A DNA stretch of 64,000 nt from Nitrospirales bacterium (GTDB taxonomy: Bacteria > Nitrospirota > Nitrospiria > Nitrospirales > UBA8639): NCBI GenBank assembly GCA_965203295.1, contig CBDBCZ010000017.1, forward strand, positions 480,001 through 544,000, in the 5' to 3' direction. The notes under the pieces are model-generated. The model worked only from the letters and a program-made list of their open reading frames with translations, had not been told where the DNA came from and did not search any database. Below, piece by piece: positions 36,532-49,600 of the stretch. The position numbers and the translations under genes were made by a program. The first letter of the stretch is position 1, and the number at the start of each line of letters is the position of its first letter.

Positions 36532-39500
36532 ATGAAACTACAAGGCTTCACGGCTATCTTATCAGCTGTGCTGATATTAATTTTCCTTGGCTTCACCTGG
36601 ATACCATTACATAGTTCAATTCCTAGAGGACCAATTCCAACTCAGGACAGATTTCATCCATCATACAAAGCAGGTACGATTTTAATTGTACTGTGATGGA
36701 AATTTTCCATAATATGGCAAAGCTCATATTATTATAGAGCTCTACTGACAGTGGCCTCAATATGGGAAGTCAATGTCAACTCATGATTGTCTTTGCTCAG
36801 TATTGATTTTGCATGGTAAGGTACTTATTACTATACCTGTGACAGCTATTATATATAGCATCTGTATGAGCTAGTATAGAGACAAAAACTAGCAACCAAT
36901 TTTAGTTGTGGGCTCTTCATAGATGCTGCTTTTGTTTTTTCTTTCAACCACACAGCTAAAATAGAATTGTCATATAACTGACTAGTGGGGAGTTTCAGCA
37001 CACCACAAGCATGGATACAGATTGATTTTTTGGGGGTCGCTGAGAATGTGACAGCATTTACCAATACAGAGTCTGAGACAATTAAAGTGCATCGCTTGAT
37101 TTACGTAGAGGAGGTGGAGGAAGACTCAGAGGAACGTAATGTTGCTACAGTTATGCATGCATGTTGAAACTCAAACCACAACCTACATGTACTAGTAAAT
37201 ATGGCAATTCTATTTGAACAGTGCATGGCCGGGAAGTGTATACGTATCACCTCGGTGCAATGATACATCAGTGAATACATGTACTTTATTGGACATGGTT
37301 CATATATAATGCATAATTTTGATGAAGAGTATATCCTCTTGGTATTTAGCCACATGGTTAATATTGCTATTATTGTTTTGTACACAAACACACATGAATA
37401 AACACATCCTTCCTTAATTAGCTCTCCCATCAGAAAACACACTAAATTCATCCAATGGAAGCACACTGACCGTGAGTCAGACACTGGCCAACAACTCTAC
37501 CACTACTCACAGCTTCAGAAATGATTTCAATATTCCTTTCATGGGAAACTACAACTGTAGTGATGACATTTGTTCTCAGTTTCTGAAATCTCCTGGAAAA
37601 TACATTTGTGACGCCAAGCACCCTTTGAATATCGAAAAGCTTCAACAGAGCAGTGGAAGCTGCCATTTCATGAATGGGTCTTATCGAGCGCCAGTTGGAT
37701 TGATCAGCTTACCTGGCAGTGGCAACACATGGGTGAGAGGCCTACTGGAGCAAGCAACTGGCATATGTACAGGTGAGGCAGGGATGTGGGAAGAGTAATT
37801 ATTACAAACCTGACATCCATATTATGATAACTAAAGGGCCGAGAACCAGAGTATAGTTTAACCCACAAATTTAATCTTACCTTTCTCAAACTTGAGAACA
37901 TTCTTAATGTGTTTCAGAAGCTACCTAAATTTTCAGATTTTACCATTTTTGGTCGTGCTCAGAAGGTATTATAATGTTGGGTTGGCCCACTCCGAGGTTC
38001 TCGGCCCTTCATATTATCCATTATTTAGCTGAGTCATCTGCACTTGCCCCAAATATGTTTTGGCAATGCATGCTGAAGCCTTTTGGGTGTGCAATTGCAA
38101 TACCTCGGCTTCACATCAGCTTTATTGCTATCGTATATTTTCGAGAAACCTGCTGAATGACACCATTGGTGTGGCTTTCCTTACTTAGTCTATTATATAA
38201 ACAGGATTCCAGGTATTAAAGAAGTTATAGGTATATGTAGAAAGCCTACTTGAGATGCACACCAAGTGTATAATCAAATTCCTCTACAACACAATTGTTG
38301 GTACACAAGAGTTTGAGCCAGGGGACAAACATTTTGAGCCAAAGTACATGTCTGGTAAATCATAAATTGATTCCCAAAACTTAGGCTTTACGTACGTACT
38401 AACATCATACATTATGAACACATGACCAAAAAATTCGCAAACTGAAGTTATTGTAGCCACACATTTTAAGAGTATTCTCAAGTTTGGGAGCTTAGAGGTA
38501 AAGTCAATTATATCACTTTGGTTCTTGGCTCTTCAGAAAGGCTGTGAACCAGAGTGGTCTAACCCACGAATATACTCCTCCCAAACTTGAAAATACACTG
38601 AAAATTATATTTTGTTTCAGGAGCTGCTCAAATTGTAACAGCTTGTTCTTGAGAATACCATGCAGCCACGTGGTATACGGGTCACCGAGGTTGCAGGGTT
38701 AGCTTCCAGAGATTGTCAATTAACTTAACCCCCTCATCAGTTTTCTCCAAAAATGACCCCTTCCCCCAGGACCTGTATAGAGTGCTATATAGGTCTCTAT
38801 ACTCCATACTCATGAATGTGACAAACTTTTGCTATTTCACTAGGCGCTGTATATTGTGATGGGGCACTGAAGCAGAGCGGTTTCACTGGAGAGGGGTTTC
38901 ATAGTGGAGTAGTGCTTGCTGTGAAGGACCATGGGGCACGTTTTGGGTGGAAGAACGAACTACACCAAGGAGGGGTAAGTACATCAGAGTACATGCGACC
39001 GTAACAATGGTATAAGTTAGAATACAACTTAATTCACATGCCTATACGTATAACTTCAGGAAGAACAGCTTGCACAAGTGGTGTACTTACCCAAGCTTTA
39101 AGAGAACTTCATGATTCCACTGCATGTGCAAAGTGTTTTAGCCCTGCACAATGGCATGCATGATCAGGGTCTGAGGCCAACATATATTATTTCTCTGCCC
39201 ACTGTCAGACCGGCCCACCATGGGGTGCTGTCATTCTCATAATTAGAAACCCTCTGGATGCAATGGTAGCAGAATGGAATAGAGAAAAGGGTCACAGTCA
39301 TGTTGCCGCCGTTGGCACTAATTATTTTGGTAAGCCATCTTGTACATGTCCACTTTGTATTTCATGCATTATTAATTTTTCTTATATACCTAGCTTGTAC
39401 ACCTATCAATCCTTCTGTTAACATACATGATGCTGAAGCAATGCCCCAAGGCCACCCTCAATGCTAATGATGGCTACCATCAACAATCTCATTATTTATT

Positions 39501-40639
39501 TTGTAGTTGATATAAATATTCATTATAGCCAGTTTGAACAGAAGACCAAAACTGACACGAGAGGTACATGTAAAAGTGGCTGTTTAGTACATGTTTTCTG
39601 ATATAACCATTGCAAAAGTACCTCGGGATGCCATTATTTGTCAAACTTGTAGAAAGCCTGCATTCCACATTGCCTGTATTGCACACTGCAAAAACAAAAG
39701 GGTTGGTTTCACCATAAATAGTAGAGTAGAAGTCCTTCTACTCTACTATCTATGGTTTCACCCAGCTAAGGTTACTCAGTTGCAAGTTCACTAGCAAAAA
39801 ATGCGCATACAGGCAGATCAATTAATACATTATTTGCCCAACATAAATTATGGTTCCTACAATTAAGGAAATAGGCACTGCAAAACTCGAAAGGCTGCTT
39901 TAAACCATCTAGGGATATCTCAGTTGCAGTGTACAATACAATGTAAACAAGTGGATCACTTTACCACCCTATTTCTCCAATTTCAGAAGGACAATTAGTA
40001 ACGCATATTTGTACCAACTCATTCCTGTCCCCACCAAAGAATGCTGATCTAGCTTGGCTTCAAGTAATTAAATTGCACTACATGTAACTGCACATTCTCT
40101 GTTACTGGGGTTGCAACTGAGGTAGCCTTATGCCAACCACTTTTAAATTATTTTTGCAGTGCGCATAATTCCATTCATCCATGCAAACATTTTCAAGATA
40201 ATACGTAGCTACAACACATTACCCCTTATATATCATACAGTAAAAGCTTATATTTTTGTCCACTGCAGGAACTAACGAGGCCTGGGGAAGGTTTTTAAAG
40301 AACAGTATTAAGATGTGGAAGCAATATTTTGTTTCTTTGGTACAAAATGGGATTCAAGTGAACCGACCCTTTCTAATCACAAGATATGAAGACATCAAAT
40401 CCGACCCACTTTCCGAAGTAAAGAAGATGATGAACTTTTTAAAGGTTCCTATTTCTGATCAGCTTCTGAAAACTAGAATGTCAACAGGTTATGAGAAGTT
40501 TCACCGGTCACACCCACAAGAAATCAAGTATTACACTCCTGAGCAAAAACTGCAGGTGGTAGCAGTTGTGAAGGAAGTTATAGATATGCTACAGAAAGAG
40601 TACAACAACACTTTTGGAATCACAGATTACATATTATAA
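36532..40639 (+). CDS. Type II membrane sulfotransferase, copy 3
   Basis: Exons 36532-36673, 37422-37772, 38844-38974, 39209-39329 and 40269-40639 are in phase with the same motifs. Confidence 0.86.
39684..40161. mobile_element. CACTG..CAGTG non-autonomous element in copy 3 intron 4
   Basis: CACTGCAAAAA...TTTTTGCAGTG; empty site gtattgcataattcc in copy 1 (~17897). Confidence 0.65.
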
Positions 40640-40718
40640 TTTTTTACTCAGCCAGCTTATCACAACAGTGTCACTCTTCACTGTAAATCTGAGTTAAAAT
40701 TGATACTATAGTCTGTAG

Positions 40719-40985
40719 CTAGCAATATGTGTACTGTACAACCAACATACTGAAAAGGGATACGTCCACCCCTCGTCTCTAAGGAGATGTGTGTGACCAT
40801 ACCTCACACTTCAGTTTATGAATGGGGGTTATAATAGGAACCTACTGTAGGAGTTGTAATCCTGTAGCTTGTTCCTTTAGAAAATTAGCCCTGATTTTGC
40901 TAGCAATATGTACTGTACAACCAACATACTGAAAAGGGATACGCCTACTCCTCATCTCTAAGGAGACGTGTGCGACCATACCTAG
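40719..40985. repeat. Direct repeat, ~180-bp period
   Basis: ctagcaatatg..tactgtacaaccaacatactgaaaagggatacg occurs at ~40719 and ~40900. Confidence 0.8.
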
Positions 40986-41402
40986 TGCATGTACAGCATT
41001 TGGGCTTGGCTAAAGAGTATAGACCTTCACTTTTCAGTTGTTTAATTAACCTACTGACCTACATATACGACGGGAAAGCCCCTTTTACATTATATCACGT
41101 GAGAATCACGTTGTAATATAGGTTCCGCCCCCTTGCTAGGTAAAGGGGGAGGAGCCAAGGTCTGGGCACGCAACGTTTTTCGTGGAAAGCTAGGGATGCT
41201 TTATGACTGGAGAGTATGAACCGTTAACAAGCTATAGTTTGGCCCACAAGGCTATAGTCTCGTGCCCAGACCTTGATTCCTATACATACAAGGCAATGCA
41301 GGACTCACATACTAGTCTCATGCTGCCTACGACAGCCTTTTGAGCAGCTGAGCCTGTCCCGTGGAGGCCCCGTTTCATAGGTTGACCAATACATGGCATA
41401 AA

Positions 41403-42039
41403 TATAGGTTAGACATCGAGTCCATGGGATCTACGCGATTTAGAAACCCGAGGGCCCGAGGCTGTAGCGTCCCGAGCGAAGCGAGGGCGCTACTAAGGGC
41501 CCGAGGGTTTCTAAATCGCGTAGATCCCATTGGACGAGATATCTAACCAATTTAGAGTATAGCAACAGTAACTACGCTAGCACTTCAGGTAGCACAATGG
41601 ACCTCTTGAGTGACGAGCTGCTAGAGTGGATACGGGATGCGTCGGACGATGAGCCGGCCAGGCTGGTAAGTGGCGGTGATAAATATTATCGTTCGGTATC
41701 GAGAGTCTGCTGCCGCTTGCGACTTTCATCTCGCTTGAATCTGACATCAAATCGAAGCTTGAAAGCGCTTCTCTTCATTTCTGCAGCGAGTTTAGTCGGC
41801 TCTACAACGCTGCTAAAACGGTACGTACTGCCTAGCCTCGTACCCAGGCGCATTTACGAGGCTACGTACTGCCACGCTTGCAACGTAATTACATTTTTGC
41901 TGCTATTATGACGTAATTTTAATTTGTGTTCCGGATATCCTGGGGGTATCTATAGAGTCCACGGTAGGTGGACTCTATGAGATTTAGAGACCATGCAGTA
42001 ACCAATCAAATTGCGAGATTTTGCAACACTATACTCTAA
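41403..42039 (+). mobile_element. 637-bp non-coding element with terminal hairpin (copy A)
   Basis: ~145-bp hairpin at 41405-41550 and internal IR TTAGAGTATAG/CTATACTCTAA; apparently identical inverted copy at 43968-44604. Confidence 0.85.
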
Positions 42040-42334
42040 TAGAAAATAGAATACGTATTCTATTATTTATGATGGCCTCTAGTCCCGCACTTGTTCTGAG
42101 TGGGCGTAGCTACGTTACACCTCACGCAGGATTTCGTTAACTATGCGAAGAGTTATGGGTGGGCGTGGCTGCATTCTGCGTCAAATTTACACCACACCGG
42201 CGTTACAACTCCTTCAAACTACCCTAGGAGTTATAAAAACTCCTGGGATTGCGCTAACTCCACTAATATTTTACTCCCCATAGCTAAAGTGCTCCTCATT
42301 TTTATCTGTGTAGTATCATATATCATATTATTAT

Positions 42335-42526
42335 GTATTTTTACTCAGCCAGCTTCACACAGCAGTGTCACTTTTCACTGTAAATCTGAGTTGAACTTGA
42401 TTCTATAGCTACACACATACATAGCCTCGTACCCAGGCGCATTAACATCGGGTACGAGGCTACACACATACAATACACAATAATGTATTACGTACATGTA
42501 AACAGCGATGTGAAGGATCTAGGCAG
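42335..42526 (+). pseudogene. Remnant of a fourth sulfotransferase 3'UTR/downstream block
   Basis: ttttactcagccagctt..cagtgtcac..cactgtaaatctgagttga matches 18463-18520, 25135-25190 and 40641-40697. Confidence 0.8.
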
Positions 42527-42696
42527 GAGGTATCCCGCAGCTCCTATCAAAGAGTTAATCGGATTGGTTCAAAGGGAGAATTTTAGTCATATGATACACA
42601 ATCTAAACAAGGATCCGATTGGACAGATCACGTGATCAGCCCCACCCTATACTAAAACGAACGCAATGCAGAGATAGGCATCACAAATATAGGAGT

Positions 42697-43745
42697 GGGC
42701 AACACAAATACAGAAATGGGCAACACAAGTAGAGAAATGGGCAACACGAATACAGAAATGGGCAACACAAGTAGAGAAATGGGCAACACAAGTAGAGAAA
42801 TGGGCAACACAAGTAGAGAAATGGGCAACACAAGTAGAGAAATGGGCAACACAAATAGAGAAATGGGCAACACGAATACAGAGATGGGCAACACCAATAC
42901 AGAGATGGGCAACACCAATACAGAGATGGGCAACACCAATACAGAGATGTGCAACACCAATACAGAGATGGGCAACACCAATACAACACCAATACAGAGA
43001 TGTGCAACACCAATACAGAGATAGGCAACACCAATACAACACCAATACAGAGATGTGCAATGCCAATACAGAGATAGGCAACACCAATACAACACCAATA
43101 CAGAGATGTGCAATGCCAATACAGAGATAGGCAACGCCAATACAACACCAATACAGAGATGTGCAATGCCAATACAGAGATAGGCAACACCAATACAGAA
43201 ATGTGCAACGCCAATACAGAGATAGGCAACGCCAATACAGAAATGTGCAACGCCAATACAGAGATAGGCAACGCCAATACAGAGATGTGCAACGCCAATA
43301 CAGAGATGGGCAACGCCAATACAGGGATGTGCAACACCAATACAGAGATGTGCAACGCCAATACAGAGATGGGCAACGCCAATACAGGGATGTGCAACAC
43401 CAATACAGAGATGTGCAACGCCAATACAGAGATGGGCAACGCCAATACAGAGATAGGCAACACCAATACAGAGATGGGCAACACCAATACAGAGATGGGC
43501 AACACCAATACAGAGATGGGCAACACCAATACAGAGATGGGCAACACCAATACAGAGATGGGCAACACCAATACAGAGATGGGCAACACCAATACAGAGA
43601 TGGGCAACACCAATACAGAGATGGGCAACACCAATACAGAGATGGGCAACACCAATACAGGGATGGGCAACACCAATACAGGGATGGGCAACACCAATAC
43701 AGAGATAGGCAACACCAATACAGAGATGGGCAACACCAATACAGA
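42697..43745. repeat. 21-bp minisatellite (AATACAGAGATGGGCAACACC)n, ~50 units
   Basis: Visible array with graded unit variants. Confidence 0.95.
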
Positions 43746-43967
43746 GAGGGGAAAATTGACAACACTAATACAAGCAGAGACTGACAAAGAGACCTGCAGG
43801 CAATCCTTCTAATTAAGTGCAGAGAGATAGGAAACTTATACTGAGATGCATGCTTGAGCAACACCAATAAACTCATTAGCACAGAAGACAAGACACCAGT
43901 TGTGAACACTAATGAACAGATCTATAAGCAACCACAATACAAAGACCATTAACTGATATAATAAAGT

Positions 43968-44604
43968 TTAGAGTATAGTGTTGCAAAATCTCGCAATTTG
44001 ATTGGTTACTGCATGGTCTCTAAATCTCATAGAGTCCACCTACCGTGGACTCTATAGATACCCCCAGGATATCCGGAACACAAATTAAAATTACGTCATA
44101 ATAGCAGCAAAAATGTAATTACGTTGCAAGCGTGGCAGTACGTAGCCTCGTAAATGCGCCTGGGTACGAGGCTAGGCAGTACGTACCGTTTTAGCAGCGT
44201 TGTAGAGCCGACTAAACTCGCTGCAGAAATGAAGAGAAGCGCTTTCAAGCTTCGATTTGATGTCAGATTCAAGCGAGATGAAAGTCGCAAGCGGCAGCAG
44301 ACTCTCGATACCGAACGATAATATTTATCACCGCCACTTACCAGCCTGGCCGGCTCATCGTCCGACGCATCCCGTATCCACTCTAGCAGCTCGTCACTCA
44401 AGAGGTCCATTGTGCTACCTGAAGTGCTAGCGTAGTTACTGTTGCTATACTCTAAATTGGTTAGATATCTCGTCCAATGGGATCTACGCGATTTAGAAAC
44501 CCTCGGGCCCTTAGTAGCGCCCTCGCTTCGCTCGGGACGCTACAGCCTCGGGCCCTCGGGTTTCTAAATCGCGTAGATCCCATGGACTCGATGTCTAACC
44601 TATA
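43968..44604 (-). mobile_element. 637-bp hairpin element (copy B, inverted)
   Basis: Reverse complement of 41403-42039; the ORF track gives identical 104-aa translations. Confidence 0.85.
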
Positions 44605-45056
44605 TATATTACTACAACAACCATTGTGCAGAACCATTTCATCAACCCTCGTTGTTTGGCACCATGATATTGCTGCAACTATTTAAGCAGCTATAAATTA
44701 TTATGCTTGAGTTTACAAAATACCATTGCAAGTGTATACAACATAATGCTACAATGTAATAACATTTGGAAAGAGTATACACACTGTTAAAAATGGGGTG
44801 TTGTGGAACACCCCTTACGCAGTGTAGTGAAACACCCTGACAACAAACGGTGTACATTTGACACCCCTGGGTGTTGGCAAAACGCCCTACTAAACCATCA
44901 ACACCTTTAAGGTGTAATGAAGCACTCCAACCAAAGGGGGGAAAATTTAATGTAAATCCATTGGCACTATGAAGCAGTTCTAGAATGAATGACATGCCTG
45001 TATGTGTTGTATTTGAAAAGATGAAATCACCATTAGGTGTATGTCATGAATAAGTA

Positions 45057-48000
45057 GCTACCATTAGGTGCTTTACTAAGCAGGGCTTAGGCTCCATTAG
45101 AAAGCTTGAAAGCCACACCTACTAACACCTTCAATTGCCACACCAAACCTGTTTCCTTGCTGTTGGGCATGGTCTGAAGCATATAAGTTGGCTTTGCCTC
45201 CAGAATGTCTTGGTTCAGTATTCTAAGGGCATAGCTCACTTCTACCTTGAATAACAAGGACAAAAGAAGAAAACAAAACTTGTGTTCTCATCAACTCAAG
45301 GAAAATGTAAACCAAAGCTATTTCCTGACTATTGGGCATGGTCTGAAGTATACTGGTTAGGTTTGCCCTCAACATCTCACATTATAGCTCCATAAGGTCA
45401 GAAATTCTACCCAATTAGGTGCTTTACTGAGCAAGACTTAGGTTCTATTAGAAAGCTTGAAAGCCACACCTACTGACACCTTCAATCTCCTAACCAAACT
45501 TGTTTTCTTGCTGTTGGGTATGGTTTGAAGCATATTAGTTGGCTTTTCCTTCAGAATGTCCTTGTTCAGTGCTCTAGGAGCATAGCTCACTTCTACCTTG
45601 AATAATAAGGACAGGGGGTGAAACAAAACTTGCGCTCTCGTCAACACTAGATACTCAAGGAAAACGAAAACTAAAGCAATTTCCTGACTATTGGGCATGG
45701 TCTAAAGCATACTGGTTAGGTTTGCCCTCAATATCTCATATTATAGCTCCATATGGTAAGAAATTCTACCCAATTAGGTGCTTTACTGAGCAAGACTTAG
45801 GTTCTATTAGAAAGCTTGAAAGCCACACATACTGACACCTTCAATCTCCTAACCAAACTTGTTTTCTTGCTGTTGGGCATGGTTTGAAGCATATTAGTTG
45901 GCTTTGCCTTCAGAATGTCCTTGTTCAGTGCTCTAGGAGCATAGCTCACTTCTACCTTGAATAATAAGGACAGGGGGTGAAACAAAACTTGTGTTCTCAT
46001 CAACTCAAGGAAAATGTAAACCAAAGCTATTTCCTGACTATTGGGCATGGTCTGAAGTATACTGGTTAGGTTTGCCCTCAACATCTCACATTATAGCTCC
46101 ATAAGGTCAGAAATTGTATCCAATTAGGTGCTTTACTGAGCAAGACTTAGGTTCTTTTAGAAAGCTTGAAAGCCACACCTACTGACACCTTCAATCTCCT
46201 AACTAAACTTGTTTTCTTGCTGTTGGGCATGGTATGAAGCATATTAGTTGGCTTTGCCTTCATGTTCAGTGCTCTAGGAGCATAGCTCACTTCTACCTTG
46301 AATAATAAGGACAGGGGGAGAAACAAAACTTGCGCTCTCGTCAACACTAGATACTCAAGGAAAATGAACACTAATGCTATTTCCTGACTATTGGACATGG
46401 TCTGAAGCATACCGGTTAGTTTTGCCCTCAACATCTCACATTATAGCTCCATAAGGTCAGAAATTCTACCTAATTAGGTGCTTTACTGAGCAAGACTTAG
46501 GTTCTATTAGAAAGCTTGAAAGCCACACATACTGACACCTTCAATCTCCTAACTAAACTTGTTTTCTTGCTGTTGGGCATGGTTTGAAGCATATTAGTTG
46601 GCTTTGCCTTCAGAATGTCCTTGTTCAGTGCTCTAGGAGCATAGTTCACTTCTACCTTGAATAATAAGGACAGGGGGTGAAACAAAACTTGCGCTCTCGT
46701 CAACACTAGATACTCAAGGAAAATGAAAACTAAAGCAATTTCCTGACTATTGGGCATGGTCTGAAGCATACTGGTTAGGTTTGCCCTCAACATCTCACAT
46801 TATAGCTCCATAAGGTAAGAAATTCTATCCAATTAGGTGCTTTACTGAGCAAGACTTAGGTTCTTTTAGAAAGCTTGAAAGCCACACCTACTGACACCTT
46901 CAATCTCCTAACTAAACTTGTTTTCTTGCTGTTGGGCATGGTATGAAGCATATTAGTTGGCTTTGCCTTCATGTTCAGTGCTCTAGGAGCATAGCTCACT
47001 TCTACCTTGAATAATAAGGACAGGGGGAGAAACAAAACTTGCGCTCTCGTCAACACTAGATACTCAAGGAAAATGAACACTAATGCTATTTCCTGACTAT
47101 TGGGCATGGTCTGAAGCATACTGGTTAGGTTTGCCCTCAATATCTCACATTATAGATGCATAAGGTAAGAAATTCTGCCCAATTAGGTGCTTTACTGAGC
47201 AAGACTTAGGTTCTATTAGAAAGCTTGAAAGCCACACCTACTGACACCTTCAATCTCCTAACCAAACTTGTTTTCTTGCTGTTGGGCATGGTTTGAAGCA
47301 TATTAGTTGGCTTTGCCTTCAGAATGTCCTTGTTCAGTGCTCTAGGAGCATAGCTCACTTCTACCTTGAATAATAAGGACAGGGGGTGAAACAAAACTTG
47401 CGCTCACGTCAACACTAGATACTCAAGGAAAATGAAAACTAAAGCAATTTCCTGACTATTGGGCATGGTCTGAAGCATACTGGTTAGGTTTGCCCTCAAT
47501 ATCTCACATTATAGATGCATAAGGTAAGAAATTCTGCCCAATTAGGTGCTTTACTGAGCAAGACTTAGGTTCTATTAGAAAGCCTGAAAGCCACACCTAC
47601 TGACACCTTCAATCTCCTAACCAAACTTGTTTTCTTGCTGTTGGGCATGGTTTGAAGCATATTAGTTGGCTTTGCCTTCAGAATGTCCTTGTTCAGTGCT
47701 CTAGGAGCATAGCTCACTTCTACCTTGAATAATAAGGACAGGGGAGAAACAAAACTTGCGCTCACGTCAACACTAGATACTCAAGGAAAACAAAAACTAA
47801 AGCAATTTCCTGACTATTGGGCATAATCTGAAGCATACTGGCTAGGTTTGCCCTCAACATCTCACATTATAGCTCCATAAGGTCAGAAATTCTGCCCAAT
47901 TAGGTGCTTTACTAAGCAAGACTTAGGTTCTATTAGAAAGTTTGAAAGCCACACCTACTGACACCTTCAATCTCCTAACCGAACTTGTTTTCTTGCTGTT

Positions 48001-48082
48001 GGGCATGGTTTGAAGCATATTAGTTGGCTTTGCCTTCAGAATGTCCTTGTTCAGTGCTCTAGGAGCATAGCTCACTTCTACC
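45057..48082. repeat. ~350-359-bp satellite array, ~8.5 units
   Basis: Unit start aattaggtgctttactgagcaagacttagg recurs at ~45061, 45411, 45770, 46120, 46470, 46830, 47179, 47538 and 47897. Confidence 0.95.
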
Positions 48083-48124
48083 CGATTGTAACTGTGAAGG
48101 AAATAGCACTAACATAATACTGAC

Positions 48125-48872
48125 CTAAGTCTTGCATACTGAAATAATTAATCATAGTCACAACTCTGGTCTTGTGGAACTGAAATGTGAGATATTCAAG
48201 GCAAACCATACCAGTATGATTACAACTAGATCCAATAGTCAGAAAATAGCACTGATCATTATTTCCCCTGAAGAACTCATGTTGACGAGTGAACAAATAC
48301 TGGTGTCATCCATTTGTCCTTATAATTCAAGGAAAACAATCTAGGCCCTTTAGACCACTAGGTTCACAAGGAGACTCCTTCACTCATGTTTTCAACCCCG
48401 GCCCAATAGTTAGGAGACATGCAGGTGTATTATGGGGATTGAAGATGTTAGTAGGTGTGGCTTTCAAGCATTGGAATACCAACATAAGTCTTACTCACTA
48501 ATCATAATTACAACTACTGGCCTTGTGCAGCTAAAATGTGAGATATGCATGGCAAACCATACCAGTGTGATTCTAACTAGGACCAATAGTCAGAAAATAG
48601 CACTGATCATTATTTCCCCTGAAGAACTCATGTTGACGAGCGAACGAATACTAGTTTTATCCATTTGTCCTTGTTATTCAAGGAAAACAATCTAGGCCCT
48701 TTAGACCACTAGGTTCACAAGGAAACCCCCTTCACTTATGCTTTCAACCCTATCCCAATATTTAGGAGACATGTAGGTGTGTTTTGGGGATTGAAGGTGT
48801 TAGTAGGTGTGGCTTTCAAGCACTGGAATACCGACATAAGACTTACTCACTAATCATAATTACAACTACTGG
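48125..48872. repeat. Two ~360-bp diverged satellite units in opposite orientation
   Basis: gtaggtgtggctttcaagc (~48451, ~48803) is the reverse complement of gcttgaaagccacacctac in the main array. Confidence 0.8.
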
Positions 48873-48873
48873 C

Positions 48874-49600
48874 TGTGTTCACCAACTCTCACCCACAACC
48901 ATCACTACAACAGCATTCAGGGGAGGGTTGAACTACTTCTCCTGTTTATTGGGATGGAGGTAGGACTAGTGAACTGGTTTTGAGTTCACTTCCACCTATC
49001 AGGGGTGTGTGACCTTCTATAAGCTAACGAAATCGTACCGAAAAGGAGTTATTTACTGTTCACCAACTCTCACCCACAACCATCAATACAACAGCATTCA
49101 GGGGAGGGTTGAACTATTTCTCCTGTTTATTGGGATGGAGGTAGGACTAGTGAACTAGTTTTGAGTTTACTTCCACCTATCAGGGGGGTGTGACCTTCGA
49201 TAAGCTAACGAAATCGTATCGAAAAGGAGTTATTGTCATGACTGTTCACCCACTCACACCCACACCCAGCATTCAGGGGATGGTTGAACTACTAATCCTG
49301 TTTATTGGGATGGAGGTAGGACTTGGTCTGAGCTATCAATTAACATCGAAGCTGTATCGAAAAAGAGATATTGAAAGTGCACCCACTCTCATCTTCAACC
49401 ATCAGCATTCAGGGGAGGATTGAAACACTAGCCCTGGTTATTTGGATGGAGGTAGGACTATACGCTAGTGAACTGCTTTTTAATAGTAGACTTCAAGGGT
49501 ACGTTAAATGTGGTAACAAAATTGTATTGAATGGGAGTTATTAAATATTTACCCACTCTCACCCACAACTATTATAAGTACAACAGCTAAGTCGAAGGCG
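48874..49600. repeat. ~180-bp tandem repeat, 3-4 decaying units
   Basis: cagcattcagggga..ttgaa..tttattgggatggaggtaggact recurs four times. Confidence 0.85.

Noticed and set aside
42697..43745. CRISPR-like appearance of short regular repeats
   Set aside because: There are no unique spacers and no cas genes, and the context is eukaryotic.
42647..43909. Long ORFs (420, 368, 234 and 207 aa) over the 21-bp array
   Set aside because: They are translations of a minisatellite, open in several frames on both strands, with frame-breaking 10-bp inserts.
41597..44410. Identical 104-aa ORFs and a possible composite transposon formed by the two 637-bp copies
   Set aside because: The ORF runs through a nested mini-element and has no recognisable domain. 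The KDZ boundary lies between the two copies and no TSD flanks the pair.
45438..47765. Series of similar 60-98-aa ORFs
   Set aside because: They are satellite units with no domain or splice evidence.
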